Assembly (NCBI GenBank): GCA_951406725.2
Contig: OX597814.1
Location: 205,344,001 to 205,408,000 of the forward strand
Reading direction: 5' to 3'
DNA from: Octopus vulgaris
Lineage: Eukaryota
Length of the DNA: 64,000 nt
The notes under the pieces are model-generated. The model saw only the letters and a list, made by a program, of their open reading frames with translations, was not told where the DNA came from and did no database searches. Shown here one piece after another: positions 1 to 15,266 of this stretch; the stretch's first letter is position 1; every line of letters begins with the position of its first letter. The position numbers and the translations under genes are program-made.

Positions 1-1859
1 AAAAAACAGGATAAAAAATATGGTGATAAAACAAAGATACACCTGAAAAATAAAGTCAAAATTTCATATCTCAAAGCAAATTTGTTTGACGTCCAGGATA
101 AAAGTGATAACAGCAACACCCACACCACATATACACACGTATTTGTTGGCAAACAGAAAATAAAGACAACGTTGGAGCTCATACATAGACATTGGCATCA
201 AGTGAGAAATACAGACATGAAGACAATGGTTTTACCCAAATCATTGGCAACAATTTCTAAGCATGATCAGATCACAGTCCTAAATAGAGCTGGAGAAAAA
301 TCCTATTTGAAAGGACTCAACAGAATTTATTTAGGAATGGGCAATGAGAAAACTGATCTGCTTTGTCCCTTGAAGGCAGGTGGGGTCTTTATGTCTGCCT
401 TTATACAGCCAGTGAAGGGAAATTCTGACAGATGTAAAGGTAATCATTGAGTACACAGAGTGGGTTAAAGCTTATGATATTATTTTTCTGACCACCAAGA
501 CAAAGGGAAAGGTGCAGAGATAGCCAGGTCTTATGCATAAACCTCTCTAAATGACCTTGAGCCCCAGTAATATAAAGGTAACAGTTGGAAATCTAGACCC
601 CTGGTTAATTGTTGTCTTTGAAGAGCAATAAAGGTAAGTGAAAGGTGCATAAGGAACAAGGAGCAATATATAGTTGGGAGAGATTGTAATGAATTTGTAG
701 GGCTTTATTAATCTTCAATACTGCAGTGCTTTACTAGAGCTGTACCCAGTTGATGGAGCAGATGGAGGGCATAAGATGGTACAGAAATAAAAATCAGAGT
801 TTTTAGAGCTGTGATAACAAGAGCCATGTAAGGGCTGTTGTCACCAATGAAGGGCTGGTGGAGCAGAGAAAAAGGCAAGACAATAGGAGAAGCAGAAGAT
901 TATAATTTCTAGAGCATAGTTGGTTACAAATCTGGTTGCAGCCCTAGCACAGCCTCTTCATCCTATGATGAGCAGAACATATTAGAAGGAAAGCAATAAA
1001 GAGTGGACTGGCAGAAAAAAGAGTGAATCCAAATTTAAGCTCACCCAAAAGAGTGAGGAGCTGCCTATTTTCGCAAAACATTGTTTAGTCATGTGGATTA
1101 GAAATAAGGATACAATGAATAGGATAACTGATGTGGATCCCTAAGTTTGAGGACAAGTAGTTTATGGAAGTAGATTTAAAAGAAGCTTTCTAACATTTGA
1201 ATGATAAACTGTTAATAAAGTGTTCATTAATATGCTAAAAATACCTTGAAGAAGCTAAGTTCAAGCCCCCTGGAAACTCCCTAATCAGTTCATATTAGAA
1301 GATATTGATGGGTGCTTTTGGATACTCCAAATCTCAGTACAAGAAATAACATAAGAGCAGAGCTGTAAGGGGCTCTGCATCAATCTAATAGTATTGAAAT
1401 GGAAAACTCTAAATGTCTCTCATAATTCTAAACTAACCGTTTTGCTTTAATTATTGCATGTTTCCATGCAATTTTGTAGTCATTCTGGTTTCTTCTATTA
1501 AATTTTAATATACACATTGTATAAAAGATGCTGCCCATCATTCTCACATTTTTATAACTTTGTCTTGACCATCTCACAAGTATTATGACTGGAATTTAAA
1601 AATATACTTTATAGCACGTGAAATTTTGTTAACATGATTATGACTGAAAGCGGACAATACCACCACCGATGAAAACACCACTACAGCACCAGGAAGTTAT
1701 CTAAGAAGATTTAAGTACTCCTCTCATTTTATTTGGACTGCACATCTAAACCAAAACCTACTTCAATGCTACGAAAAATCCTGTGTAAACCCTTCTATTG
1801 ATATATGAAACAGTTAAGAAATACTGGGACAAATTTTACCCCAAATTAAGTACATCCTA

Positions 1860-2665
1860 GACTTGAAGAAGACAGTAACATTCACATGAAGCAAAGCCTC
1901 TCTTGGACTTGTGACCACCTCATCACATCACACTTTGAAAGTTATGCATTTGCAATCCAAGAACAGGAGATTGATACTAAATACCAAATCAACAAAAGAG
2001 ACAGCGAAGGCCTTGGAGTTTCAAGATGCAACTGTAAACGTAGTTTATGTCATACTTCTGTGGAAGACATCACACATATGACTAGCAGCTGTCCAAAAAT
2101 GTCATCAAGGTACTACCTCCCTATGTGACATGACGTTTTGTGAAACCATATACAATGTCACACTATCAGACATCCCCTACTCCCTACTCCTGGCATAGGT
2201 GCCAGGAGTGAGTGGAGACTGTCCTGAAATAAATATAGAGAATCCCTCTGTTATATAATATGTACAAAAAAATAGCAGCACAAGAAATAGTGGTGGAACA
2301 TTGCCATAAAAAAATCTGTGAAGTGTAAGCCTAACAGGCCAGATATTGTTGTTTGGAACAGACAAGAAAAAGTATGTACCACCATTGAGATCAGTTGTCC
2401 TACTGATATGAATAACTCTTTGAAAATCAAAGAGAAAGAATAACTATGGACAACTGTTTCAAAACCTCCAGCTTCTATATTTGGATTACAAATTTATATT
2501 TATACCATAATAATTGAAATACTTGGTTTCATAGGTAAATACCTAACTGCCACTCTAGATAAACTTGGATTTTCAGAAAAAGAAATCAAACAGCTGATTT
2601 GCACATTACAAATACAATCTATAAGTGGAACATTAAAACTATGCAAGACTTTGATATTGTTTTAG
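1860..2665 (+). mobile_element. Degenerate 3' fragment of an R4/Dong-type (RLE) non-LTR retrotransposon
   Basis: Translation gives a decayed CCHC knuckle (KRSLCHTSVEDITHMTSSCPKMSSRYYLPM*HD) followed by a restriction-like endonuclease remnant (RPDIVVWNR...TIEISCPTD); several stops and frameshifts. Confidence 0.8.
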
Positions 2666-2765
2666 TTATATACAAAGATGGTACTTTGTATCTTTGTTAG
2701 AAAGCAGCTCCTTCTTCAGAGGAAGAATTTAAATAATTAAAAACAGAAGAGAGAGAAACATAAAT

Positions 2766-3055
2766 CATCATCATTCAACATCTGTTTTCCATGCTGGCAT
2801 GGGTTAGACAGTTTGACTGGAACTGGTAAGCTGGAGAGCTGCACCAGATTCCAGTCTGATTTAGCATGGTCTCTACAGCTGGATGCCCTTCCTAATGCCA
2901 ACCACTTCAAAAAGTATAATGGATGCTTTTTACATGCCACCAGTATGGGTGCCAGTTATGTGACACCGGCATCAGCCATGACTATGGTTTCACTTGGCTT
3001 GATGGGTCATCTCAGGCATGGCATATCGCCAAAGGCCTCAGTCACTTGTCATTGC
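2766..3055 (-). mobile_element. RTE-LINE 3' tail / related SINE-like copy
   Basis: Contains the recurrent CAGCTGGATGCCCTTCCTAATGCCAACCAC core and a (CAT)n tail, as in the RTE tail at 40140-40812. Confidence 0.75.
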
Positions 3056-4148
3056 TTACATACATATCTTGGTATGTTTGCATGCATGCTGACGACCGCT
3101 CGGTTCAAAGTCTCTCTTGACCAGAAATGGCCTGAACTCTTTGTATGACTACCCTCCCTTTACATAACTCCCTGTCCTCCTACATGGCCTTGCTTTTGCT
3201 TTTTGAGCCAATAAAAATTGAATTGAATTGAATTAAATGCAGGTTAGCTTGCTTAATATAGTTTGCTGAAAATGTTTACAAAGCAGTCAAAACTAAATCT
3301 GTAATTGTCAGAAAGGTTATTAATATTAATGAAAATGACCTGTAGAAAGAGTAAGAGGGAGAACTTAATTGACCCAGAAATTAAACAGAGAGACGCAGAG
3401 TGTGGGATACATGTATGTCACATTCTTCCAGCTTCAGTTTGTTAATAATTCTGCACTTTTAATGCCCAAAATAATTTCAGATTTCTATTGACCCTTGCAT
3501 GGCCACTTAAACTACCTCAGAAGTCAATATTGATTACATTGCCACACCCTGGTCTAGAACACATTTCAGAAAGGTTGAGCTAGGTTTAAGAAAGACAGGT
3601 TTGTGTCTTCCATCATAATTAACAAAGAGTAACTTAGAAGGAAGGGGCAATAACAGACTACAAAGTTAACACTGTCTATTACTCAATGAAATATGATTAA
3701 GACACAAATCATTTGTACTTGGCTGACATCACTCTAGATTTAAAATAGATACAACAAAATCATTTGCGTAATTTGTTTTAGTGCCTTAGAAAACATTTGT
3801 TGGCGATATCCTTACTGTAACCATATTTTATGGGAGGATATTTATAGTGTTACACTAAAATAGAAGACAAGACTGCAGTGTTCGAGAATCAATGCTGCTT
3901 CTGTTTTGTGGCAGGGATGATATCAGAGATGCTTAGTATTGAGGAAAACAGGTTTCATTTTAGAATAAAATATGACGTAAGTTTCTAGAGTTATCAGGCA
4001 CCTGAACCATACAAAAGTTATATTAATTGACTCACCTGCCATTTACTTACTTTGCATATATATATGCGTCTGTGTGGGTGTGGGTGTGGGTGTATATATA
4101 TATATATATATGTATTTATATATATGTGTATTTGTGTATCTTTCTCTT

Positions 4149-4197
<49 letters not shown>

Positions 4198-4658
4198 GGA
4201 CAACGGAAATTAAATGATGTGGATGGTGATGATGTATGCGTACGTATAGAGTACACACACACACATACACATATATGGAAATAATTGGCTGCTATTCAAC
4301 ATGTTAGTTATTCTCCAGAGTTTTCTTGTACTTTTCACACCAAAACATTTGGACCAGAAGATTGAAGATTTTAGAATTAGTAAATAATAATAATGATGAT
4401 GATGATGATACCACCACCACCACCACCACCACCACCAACAGCAACACTAGAAGTGGCAGCAGCAACAACAATAATAAAAATGATTTCTTCATCAACCACA
4501 AAGGATTTATATAAAGGAAAGCATTAAGGACAGTAAAGGACAAAACATTGAGTGTACTGTTGTGTGTGCTTGTCTGTAGGTGTGATGGTTTTGTGTGTAA
4601 ACAGGTTTAATAAAAAAGAAAAAAGAAGGAGGTAATATTAAATTCTAATAATGAGTAT

Positions 4659-5060
4659 AGGCGCAGGAGTGGCTGTGTGGTAAGTAGCTTACTAACCAAC
4701 CACATGGCTCCGGGTTCAGTCCCACTGCGTGGCATCTTGGGCAAGTGTCTTCTGTTATAGCCTCAGGCCAACCAAAGCCTTGTGAGTGGATTTGGTAGAC
4801 GGGAACTGAAAGAAGCCTGTCGTATATATGTATATATATATGTATGTGTGTGTGTATGTTTGTGTGTCTGTGTTTGTACCTCTAGCATTGCTTGACAACC
4901 GATGCTGGTGTGTTTACGTCCCTGTCACCTAGCAGTTCGGCAAAAGAGACCGATAGAATAAGTACTGGGCTTACAAAGAATAAGTCCCAGGGTAGATTTG
5001 CTCGACTAAGGGCGGTGCTCCAGCATGGCCGCAGTCAAATGACTGAAACGAGTAAAAGAG
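4659..5060 (+). mobile_element. tRNA-derived SINE (family A), full length
   Basis: A-box-like TGGCTGTGTGG and B-box-like GGTTCAGTCCC head, internal (TA/TG)n, 3' tail GGTGCTCCAGCATGGCCGCAGTCAAATGACTGAAAC; other copies at 36053-36441 and 63340-63748. Confidence 0.85.
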
Positions 5061-5189
5061 TATTCTTCAATAGGGAAGAGATGCTCATTGTAATGATCAT
5101 TGAAAAAGCCCATAAAACCATGAGTGTCTCTTAAAAACTCCATGAAACCATGGATACCTTTTCTCAATTCCTCATGTCCAATTTACAGG

Positions 5190-6975
5190 TGTATTCTTAG
5201 GGCAGGCCTGTTCACTCATATCATGCATGTCACTCTCATCCACCTTTCAACACAATGGCTGGAAGGCAACACTTCCCTCTCCACCCTTACTTCGAGTAAA
5301 ACTTGAAGAAGTTGATGAGGGATTGACCAAAACAGAAAATCTTCAGCCTCTTCAATCTCATCCACCATACACTCTCTTTTGCTATGGCCACTAGGCATAT
5401 AAAAAATACCTACTCTTCTTGGTTAAAAAAAGGTGGCAGGGCAATCTTCATGATAGATTCAGTTGATAGCTGGATCTGTCCTACATATGACGGGTGATGT
5501 TTGACAAATCCACAGATCAACAATACCATGGCACTGGACATGTGTGTGTGTGTAGGATGATTTCATTACCCAGAATGAATCTTGGACATGCTTGGCTGAT
5601 TGCACTTCTGTGCCTATAGAGTTTATCTTGAACTGGCAATACTTCCCAGTAGCACTATCAGGTTAGGGATTTCTGGAAATTAGCCATGGACCACAACTTG
5701 AAAGTCCTTTGGAAAAGACAAACTACTTGACTTCCCCCAATAACCAGAGTTTCTCCAAGAATGTTGTCCCTCTTGCCTACCACTTATCCCCCATAGAACT
5801 CCAATGTGGAACTTCCATCGACTGCATTGTTGGCTGAGGGCTGTGGGCATTTGTCAACACTCCAGGTGCAAGTGCCCTTTCTTGATCCAGGACTGTAGCT
5901 CCATGAATGAGATGAGCTACAGAAAATCCTGTCTGACAACATTTGCATGCCATCAAAGAAACACTGGAAATGTTGCAGCCTTAGTACATATCAGCACATC
6001 ATTAGCTGCATCATATCCAGTCTTCCACTCAGTGGCTGCTGACTACAAATGGACCATCTGACTAGCAGAACTCATCTCTTCTGCAGAAAGTGGACGAGAA
6101 AGCATTCCCCTTTGATCAGCATTGAAGTAGCGCAAGAGACGATGATCAGGTGATAATAGATGACGCAAATAATGCATGTATTTGCCAACTTCACCTGACC
6201 CTTCAGGGACAGCTTCCTCTCTGTCCATTTCTGGGTGAGACTGGCTACCTCGCTCATCATCTTCCAGTTCTTGTCCATCTGGAGGTCCAGACCAAACCAA
6301 ACCAAACCCTGAGTAATTTAAATGGTCTTTCTGTCCAGCACCCTATGATGATGTTGGTCAGCATAGACCTGCCTCTCCAGATGCTGGGCTGCAGGCCCAC
6401 TTCTCCTGATTCATCTTTGCTTCAGTCCTTTAGGGTAGTGCCAGTCTCCTCAATTTTGGAAATATCTGACATTATTACACAGGCATCATCCACACAAGCT
6501 GACATAAATCTTCTGTATCCTAGTTCACATGTGATGCCCCTTGAAACATCCAGCTTCCACAGTAATGGTTCAAGAGCCAGCATGTACAGAATGAGTAAGA
6601 GTGGGCATTCTTGATGGACCAAACATGCAATGCTAAAGGATTCCAATAGTTATTTATTTTGATCACCAAACAAATGTTGCTGTACATTGCAGAGATTCAG
6701 ACTCTGAAAATGGGAACCAAACTGTCCACTGCGAGGACAGCCTCCAAGTATTGGTGATTGTCCCTATTGGAAGCTTTCCATTCCAGGTTCCTTATCTACC
6801 CTCCCTATGATGTACCACATGAGGTGGTGGTTAACATGGATAGATCAGTTTAGGATGGTGCATGTTTGTATATTACTGACCAGTCTATCAATGACAAGCA
6901 CCAATCTCCTTGCCAACAGTTTGACAAAAATCTAGTAATTTGCATTTAGCAGAGTTAGGGGCCTAAAGTTATTTA
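5190..6975 (-). mobile_element. Highly degenerate L1/Tx1-clade LINE ORF2 remnant
   Basis: Decayed RT motifs: NFRPLTLLNANY, VHQECPLLLILYMLALEPL (RQGCPLSP-like), SACVDD (YADD-like), WTERKLSLKGQVKLAN; C-terminal RVEREVL..VERW near 5250. Interrupted around 5400-5700. Confidence 0.75.
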
Positions 6976-7726
6976 TTTTCTCTCAGCAGTACCACTACAC
7001 CTTGGCTCACTAGACTGGAAATTCTCCCATTTTGGTGCCAATTGAAATAGACAAGAGATCACTGAATGAGTCTGGCATATAGAAATAAAGCTTGAAGGAC
7101 AGAGCATCCAACCCTGGGACCTTGTGCAGCTAGCCCTTGTGCAGTTAGCCCTTGTGTTATGTATGTCTTTGGCTGTTATTGGCATTTTGCTAAAAATTCT
7201 TTCTATATTAAACAAAAGGCCTGAAAATTTTTGGGAAGGGGCTTGTCAATAACATCACCCCACTGCTTGAATGGTACTTATTTCGTTGACCCTGAAAGAA
7301 TAAAAGGCAAAGATGGCCTTGGCAGAATTCGATCTCACAATGTAAGGCTGGAAGAAATGCTGCTAAGCATAAAAATAATGATGATGATGATGATAAAAGT
7401 CTGGACTGCACTGAAGTTGAAAGAAATTAAAAGGTGGTATTTTCAAGAGGCATAGTGAGTCTTGAAGAAATTGCGATTTGAAGAAGAATGCTCAACTGGT
7501 ATGAAAACAGCCAATCTAACCTGGATAGTTTGTGGTTTAGGCCTGTTTATTTATATAACGGAGGGGTATAAATGGATACAGTGGGGCTACCTCCCCTTTC
7601 TTTACTTAATCTTCCTTAGATAAGCAGCTTTTAATCATTATCAATATTTTTTTTATTGTATTTGCAACAGTTAGGGAAGAGAGATGGAGCAAGAGAGAGA
7701 AGTGAGGGGGCAATGAATGTGGAAGG

Positions 7727-7759
<33 letters not shown>

Positions 7760-8226
7760 AGATAATGGCAGGTGGTGGGTTGGGGTGGCAAAAAAGAGGT
7801 GAAGTGAATAAAGAATATCATATATGACATTTTAGAGTTTCAAAGGAAAAAAAGAGAAAGAGATGAACAAGAAGGTGGTGGTGGTGATGGGTAAATTAAA
7901 ACTATGGTGGAAGAGATGCATGGAGGTGATGATTAGAAAAAGGTGTTTACTTGGTGAGAAGGATGAAGAACTAATATATATATATGTATAAATGAATAAA
8001 TAAATAAAAATATAAAATAAATTGAAATTTTTTTTCTGAAAATCTTGTGGACCAAATTTTCCCAACTTGGTTGTGTGTTTGAGCTAGATAATTTATGACT
8101 AAAGAATCTCTGAAATATACAGTCTTTGAGATATTTACAGAATTATTTTGGGTTGAGTAAAAGAAGAGGAACAAAAACTAAAAGAAAAATTACATTTTGA
8201 TAATAACAAGAGTGACAGAGACTTAC

Positions 8227-8328
8227 CAAGATTTTTGGTGGAAAACACAAATAACCAATGAAGTTGGTAATGCAATGGTTCTGACCAATTTCTTGTCTTC
8301 TTTTCACTATTAATGTTATTTTGGTTCT
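8227..8328 (-). other. Candidate 102-nt internal exon of an unidentified minus-strand transcript
   Basis: ttgtagtttcag acceptor and a consensus G|gtaagt donor; length divisible by 3 with two open frames; apparently non-repetitive sequence. No homology recognised. Confidence 0.3.
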
Positions 8329-11300
8329 CTGAAACTACAAAAAAGAAGGATTACATGAGAATGTACATATCTGATTTAAATATTTTATTAATTTACCTCT
8401 TTATTTCACATTCAGTATCTAATTGGGAATATTCTTCAGTTATCAGGTGATCTGCCTGTCCTTAGTCATCATCGATGTTGTTGTTGTTGTCACTATCTAC
8501 TTTGTTATTGTTATTGCTATCGTTGTCATTATTGCCATTGTCACCATCATTGTTTAACGACTATGCTCATTGACATGAAGAGTTTGACCGGATCAAATGG
8601 GTGCAAAAGTTTCATGTCCTGTCTTCTTTAATATGATTTCTATGGCTGGATGCCCTTTCTAATACTAACCACTTTACAACATGTATTTGGTGCTTTTCTT
8701 GTGCCACCAACACGAATGAGGTTGCCATGCAGCTTGCAAGACTTTGAGCTTTGAAGGAAAAAGTGTTGAGAAACTATGCCTTAAGAATAAGGAGCAGAAA
8801 GTGGTAAAGTATGAAAGAAAAAGGCCAAAGCAGAACTGATTCCTAGATGTAGAGGAACTACAAGACTGTTCATGTTTTAGAAGAGAGTGGTGGGGCTGGA
8901 GAGTGATTGAGAAAAAGGAGTGAAGAAGTATCGGAGAGGATTTTCAACACATGAGGTGGGTAGAAATCAGTGGGGCATAGGTGAGTGGAGGGAGTAGGGG
9001 ATGTCTAATAGTGTGAAGAAGCAGAATAGAAATGATGAGATAGTAAACAGGAGAAGAAAGAGAAATGACATGCTGTTGGGTTGTTTGCAGGAGTGGACGG
9101 TGAAGAGAGAGGCAGGTGCAGTGTATGAGGTGGGTGAGACATATGGTGGGGGAGGAGAGGAGAGATAATTTGATGGCATGGTGAGGGGTGGTGATCAGTG
9201 AAACTATGGGTGGAGAGAACCAGGAAACTTCATCACTTAAACTAAGAGTAGTTGTATTCTTTCTCACTATGATTCTGTCCTATGTAGGGACAGTGGAACA
9301 TTTCTGGGTTATTTTTATTTAATTTACATTGATGGCAGCCATGTCGGTGGTGGGTGGAAGTGACCGGGTTTTCAATAAGTGTTATGTGTGCTGCTGCTTT
9401 GATATTTCTAACTTTTCACCAGAATTCTTTATCAATTATGGAAATTTCCTTTAGCATATTCTATGAACTTTCTCTGGCAATTTCCTGTAGTGGTGAAACT
9501 CTGTCCTTCAATGATAAAGATTTAATTGTTTGATCAAGTGAACTACCTGTTACTGAAGAAGTGTGGAAGTGGCTGAGAAATCCACAAACACATTCACCCT
9601 AAAGGTAATTCTCAAGCAGAACCAACACAACACAGAGAGGTTACAAGACTTCTTTTTGAATTACAGGTACACTCCACCCTACACCTGATGGACTTCTATA
9701 TAGTTTCCATCAGCCCGATTTCACTCACAGCATATGGATCAACCTGAAGTTATAGTCAGTGACATACAGTATGATTGAACCCATGATCTTGTGGTTGAGA
9801 AGCAAACTTCTTAACCATTCACCCATACTATGCCTACCCCCTGTTATAGAGACAGAATGCATTTGTTAGACCTGTAGATCTGCAGCCTAAGAATGGCTGC
9901 AGATCTTATGTATTAGATATTCTTGAGTGTAATTAATTTCTTATTAATTACACTCATCGTTTAAGTGGTTTTGTTTCCACTGATATTTGGATTCATGCTC
10001 TGCTGCTATTCTTCAATACAAAAATGCTAGTGTATGGTTATCTAATACTTCATCTGAAACATCTTCTTTCAACAAACTGTGCTCTTATTGTAGTGACTCA
10101 CTGAAACACAGTGGTTTTAAGGATAGGATTCATCATCATCATCATCATTGTTCAACGTCCACCTTCCATGCTGGCATGGGAGGAACAGTTTGACAGGAGC
10201 CGGCCAGGCAGAAGCCTGCACTAGACTTCTGGGACTGTTTTGGACGGATTTTTACAGCTGGATGCCCTTCCAAATGCCAACTACTTTACAGTGTGGACTG
10301 GATGCTTTTTAAGTGGCACCTGCACTGACAGGGTCACCAAGTACCTTGCAAGACCAAAAAAAAAAAAACTTTTGAGAGTGAAGGGGACATTGGAGGAGTT
10401 GATATTGTGTTAGATGATGAAAGGTTAGAGCGAGACAGAGACACAGATTATTTACAAAAATAATAATGATGATAATGGTGATGATGATGGTGATAATGAT
10501 GATGACAACAACAATGACAACAATGATGATGATAAGTAATGATTTTTAGACAATGAAAAATAGAAAAGGCAATAATATACATTTTTGTTCACTGTTTGGC
10601 ATTAAAGTGTATATAAGATATAAGATTTTAAAAACAAATACTGCTTGATTAAGTTTTAGTCATACACAGAAATTTGCTACAAAAATACTATGTATTAATA
10701 GTAAAAATATTTGATGCATATCTACATACAGTTTTTATTATTTGTTTTAACCTTGTAAAATGTCTGTTAGATAATTTGTATTTTGAAAATGGTTTTCAAA
10801 AGTATTTACAGTTAATGATTTGGTTTCTGAAGATGAGATTGATTTGATGACTAAGAACCCATTTTTAAATAGCATCAACAAACTTTCAAAAATCTTGTAA
10901 GCTATTTTGACTTAAATTTGTCAACATGTATCTGTTTCTAAAAAAAATAACAATATCAGAACTTCAAAAACATTTGGAAGATGGTATGATGGTTGAAATA
11001 TTTGCATTTCTGAAAATGTGAATATATTACTCTAGAGGATTCAGTCATAAATAGACATTCTGAGCCAACATAACTTGGTTGCCATAAACTGAATTAGTTT
11101 GTTAGGAACATACCCAACACTTAAATACACACATATGCAACACATACGCACACATGCATGCACACACACACATATGTATAAACATATACATACACATACA
11201 CATACACTTATATATATAAATAGGAAATAGTGGCACAACAAGGTAATAATGTTTGCTAGAAATAGCAGTTGATAACCATACGGTGCTATATAAAGCTGGA

Positions 11301-11359
11301 AAATAATACTATTGTATTGTAATAATATTTATATATGTATATATATATAGATATATAAC

Positions 11360-11920
11360 ATAAGGACTCACTAGGCAATGGCTAGTGACCGAGACCGTTG
11401 GAAATATGGTGTGCTTGAGAAGACCGGGCAAACCAGGTGAGACCATAACCCATGCGCTATGCCAGGGGTGTAACCAGCCCACTTATGCATACCTTTCTTT
11501 AATTGGACATTAAACTCTGCTTGCGAAGACCTGTTGAGGCAAGTGAAATCGAAATCAAATTCGCTGAGGTGGCCGATGACAGCACCACATTCGAGCGAGG
11601 TCATTGCTAGTGCCACTGGACTGGCTACTGTGCAGGTGGCATGTAAAAAACACCATTTGAGCGCGGCTGTTGCCAGCACCATCTGACTGGCCCTCATACC
11701 GGTGGCACTTAAAAGCACCCACTATACACTTGGAGTGGTTGGTGTTAGGAAGGGCATCCAGCTGTAGAAACTCTGCCAAATCAGATTGGAGCCTGGTGCA
11801 GCCATCTGGTTCACCAGTCCTCAGTCAAATCGTCCAACCCATGCCAGCATGGAAAGTGGACGTTAAACGATGATGATGATGATGATGATGTATATATATT
11901 TATTGGTATATATATGTGTG

Positions 11921-11956
<36 letters not shown>

Positions 11957-12494
11957 TCCGAGATGTATCGCTAATGGTAAATGTTTTTGATTTTCACTCT
12001 CGATAAATCTATCCTTTTTTTGTGCCCCTAGCACATGGCATCCTTATTTAGGAGCCCTTAATTATATTTCTATATGAATAATATTTTGTCTAATGACTAA
12101 TTTGTCTTTTGTGCTGGGCCACTGGTAGTAATCTATGTTATTACCCTTTGTTTACATATATATATATGTTACCAATGCCGGTGGCATGTAAGAGAACCAT
12201 CCGTTCGTGACCGTTGCCAGCACCGCCCCGACTGGCCTCGTGCCGGTGGCACGTAAAAAGCACCATCTGTTCGTGTCCGTTGCCAGCCTCGCCTGGCCCC
12301 CGTGCCGGTGGCACGTAAAAAGCACCCACTACACTCACGGAGTGGTTGGCGTTAGGAAGGGCATCCAGCTGTAGAAACACTGCCAGATCTGACTAGGCCT
12401 GATGAAGCCTTCTGGCTTCACAGACCCCAGTAGAACCGTCCAACCCATGCTAGCATGGAAAACGGACGCTAAACAATGATGATGATGATGATGA

Positions 12495-12537
<43 letters not shown>

Positions 12538-13055
12538 CATATGTATATATATGTGTGTGTGTGTATATATATATATAAATATATTTAGTGTCGCTTTACT
12601 GGCACCAGCGTCACTTTACTGGCACTTGAGCCCCATGCTAGTAGGGTGCTAAGAGCACCATCCGAGTGTGATTGTTGCCAGAGCGGCTAACTGGCTTCCG
12701 TGCCGGTGGCATGTGTAAAAAGATTCGAGCGAGGTCGTTGCCAGTACCACCTGACTGACCCCCATGCCAGTGGCACGTAAAAGCACCCACTACACTCTCG
12801 GAGTGGTTGGCGTTAGGAAGGGCATCCAGCTGTAGAAACTCTGCCAGATCAAGATTGGAGCCTGGTGCAGCCATCTGATTCGTCAGCCCTCAGTCAAATC
12901 GTCCAACCCATGCAAGCATTGAAAGCGGACGTTAAACGATGATGATGATGATGATAGGTATATATGTATATATATATGTGTGTGTATGTATATATAGGTG
13001 TTTGTGTATTTACAAATATATGTATATATATTTATTGGCATATAAATGTGTATAT

Positions 13056-13098
<43 letters not shown>

Positions 13099-13216
13099 TA
13101 TATGTATGTGTATATATATGTGTATATATATGTATGTGTATGTATATGTGTGTATATATATATGTGTGTATGTATATATGTGTATGTATATGTGTGTGTA
13201 TATATATATATATGTA

Positions 13217-13253
<37 letters not shown>

Positions 13254-13301
13254 GTATTATATGTGTGTATATATATATATATGTGTGTGTATGTATATGT
13301 G

Positions 13302-13340
<39 letters not shown>

Positions 13341-13820
13341 GTTGTGCAAAACTGATTGGTAAGTTCAGCCATAATGTATATATAATGCTGTACACTTCAA
13401 TATACATACATATCATCATCATCATCATTTAACGTCTGCTTTCCATCTTGGTATGGGTAGGACGGCTTGACTGAGGGCTGGCAAGCCAGAAGCTGTACCA
13501 GGCTCCAATCTGATCTGGCAAGGTTTCTACAGCTGGATGCCCTTCCTAACGCCAACCACTCCAAGAGTGTAATGGGTGCATTTTATGTGCCACCAGCATG
13601 GGGGCCAGTGAGGTAGTACTGGCATCGACCACGTTCAAATGGTGCTTTTTCCATGCCACCAGCATGGGAGCCAGTCAAGCAGCACTGGCAATGACCACGC
13701 CCGAATGGTGCTTTTTACATGCGACCAGCACAGGACCAGTCAGGTGGTGCAGGCATCAACCACGTTCGTATGGTGCTTTCTTTCACAGGTGCCAGTCAGG
13801 TGGTCCTGGCATTGGCCACA
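11360..13820. mobile_element. Cluster of four RTE-tail/SINE-like copies (about 11360-11890 +, 12170-12498 +, 12590-12955 +, 13413-13820 -) separated by (TA/TG)n
   Basis: Each has the GGAGTGGTTGGCGTTAGGAAGGGCATCCAGCTGTAGAAAC core and a (GAT)n tail. Confidence 0.8.
12955..13340. repeat. (TA)n/(TG)n compound microsatellite
   Basis: Direct inspection. Confidence 0.95.
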
Positions 13821-14311
13821 TATGCATGTATCCATCCATCCATCTATTTTCTCCAGCCACTCTTCCTGGTGATGGTGATGGGGGTGAGGTTATGGAGAGA
13901 GTCTGCATGACCATCTCTTCTTTAGGGTCAAATAGGAAGCAACAATCATTAGACTTTCCAGCTGGATCCCTAAGAGTGACTAACAGAAACCATGGATATT
14001 ATCTGACTATCTCATCCCTAGGTCTCCTGCCAATTGGATTGGCTTGAAGAATACTTCTTGCATTTCTTTGCTGTGACATTCTAATCACAGGTCTGTATTA
14101 CCAGAACTGTGACCTCTCAGTGCAGAGAAGGTGCAGCTCACCTTAAAATGAAACTCCCTGGTTTCTGAGCTATGCACACTGTCAAGCAATGTTCATATGC
14201 ATGCACACACACACACATGCATACATACACACATATATATGTATATATGAATGTATCTATGTATGTGTGTGCATATGTGTTCATGTGAATATGTGCATGT
14301 GTGTGTGTGTA

Positions 14312-14357
<46 letters not shown>

Positions 14358-14498
14358 TGTGTGAGTATATACATTTCTTAGAACATACGAAGCTAAACAT
14401 GTTTAATTTAGAAACTCTGGAAATCTTTCATTGTTATGGTTGAATCCTATCAAATAGCAACAGATGTAAAATATCTTTTTATCGTCTGGAAATGTAAG

Positions 14499-14547
<49 letters not shown>

Positions 14548-14687
14548 CAGAAATATAAATAAATAGTTATAAACAATCTTTCATACACATACACTTAGAA
14601 AAATATATCTTACACACATATACCCAAACATAAAAACACATTAATGCTCATTCATACCCTTTATACACACACGTGTGTGGGCACGCA

Positions 14688-14718
<31 letters not shown>

Positions 14719-15051
14719 ATGTATGTATGTATATATATATTTACACAGGTAACAGATCTCAAAAGTTATTAGCCAATCAGGAGCTTTTACTCAATGACGT
14801 CATTGGTGGTCAGGTTTTCAGCCAAAAAGGCAATCAGCCATTATATATGCATTTTTCTTCCTTTTTTGTTTCTTTCACTGACTCTCTCTTCCACAATTCC
14901 TTTCTACATGTGTACTTCACTTTCTTTTCCTTCTTTATCATACAACCATCTTTCCCTCTTCTTTCATCTCCCACATTCTGTCTGTCTCTTTCTTCCCCTC
15001 TCTTTCTATCTCTCTCTGTATGTATGTAATATATATATACATATATATATA

Positions 15052-15266
15052 AGGCGAGCTGGCAGAAATGTTAGCACGCCGGGTGAAATGCGTAGATGTA
15101 TTTCGTCTGCTGTAACGTTCTGGGTTCAAATTCCGCCGAGGTCGACTATGCCTTTCATCCTTTTGGGGTCGATAAATTAAGTACCAGTTACGCACTGGGG
15201 TTGATGTAATCGACTTAATCCATTTGTCTGTCCTTGTTTGTCCCCTACCTTGTGGGTAGTAAAGAA

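Noticed and set aside
82-450. 122 aa ORF as a host gene
   Set aside because: Non-ATG start, no recognisable domain and no convincing splice structure.
4659-4745. tRNA genes at SINE heads (also at 15052, 25580, 36370, 63680)
   Set aside because: A/B boxes are present but there is no full cloverleaf, and they continue into SINE bodies.
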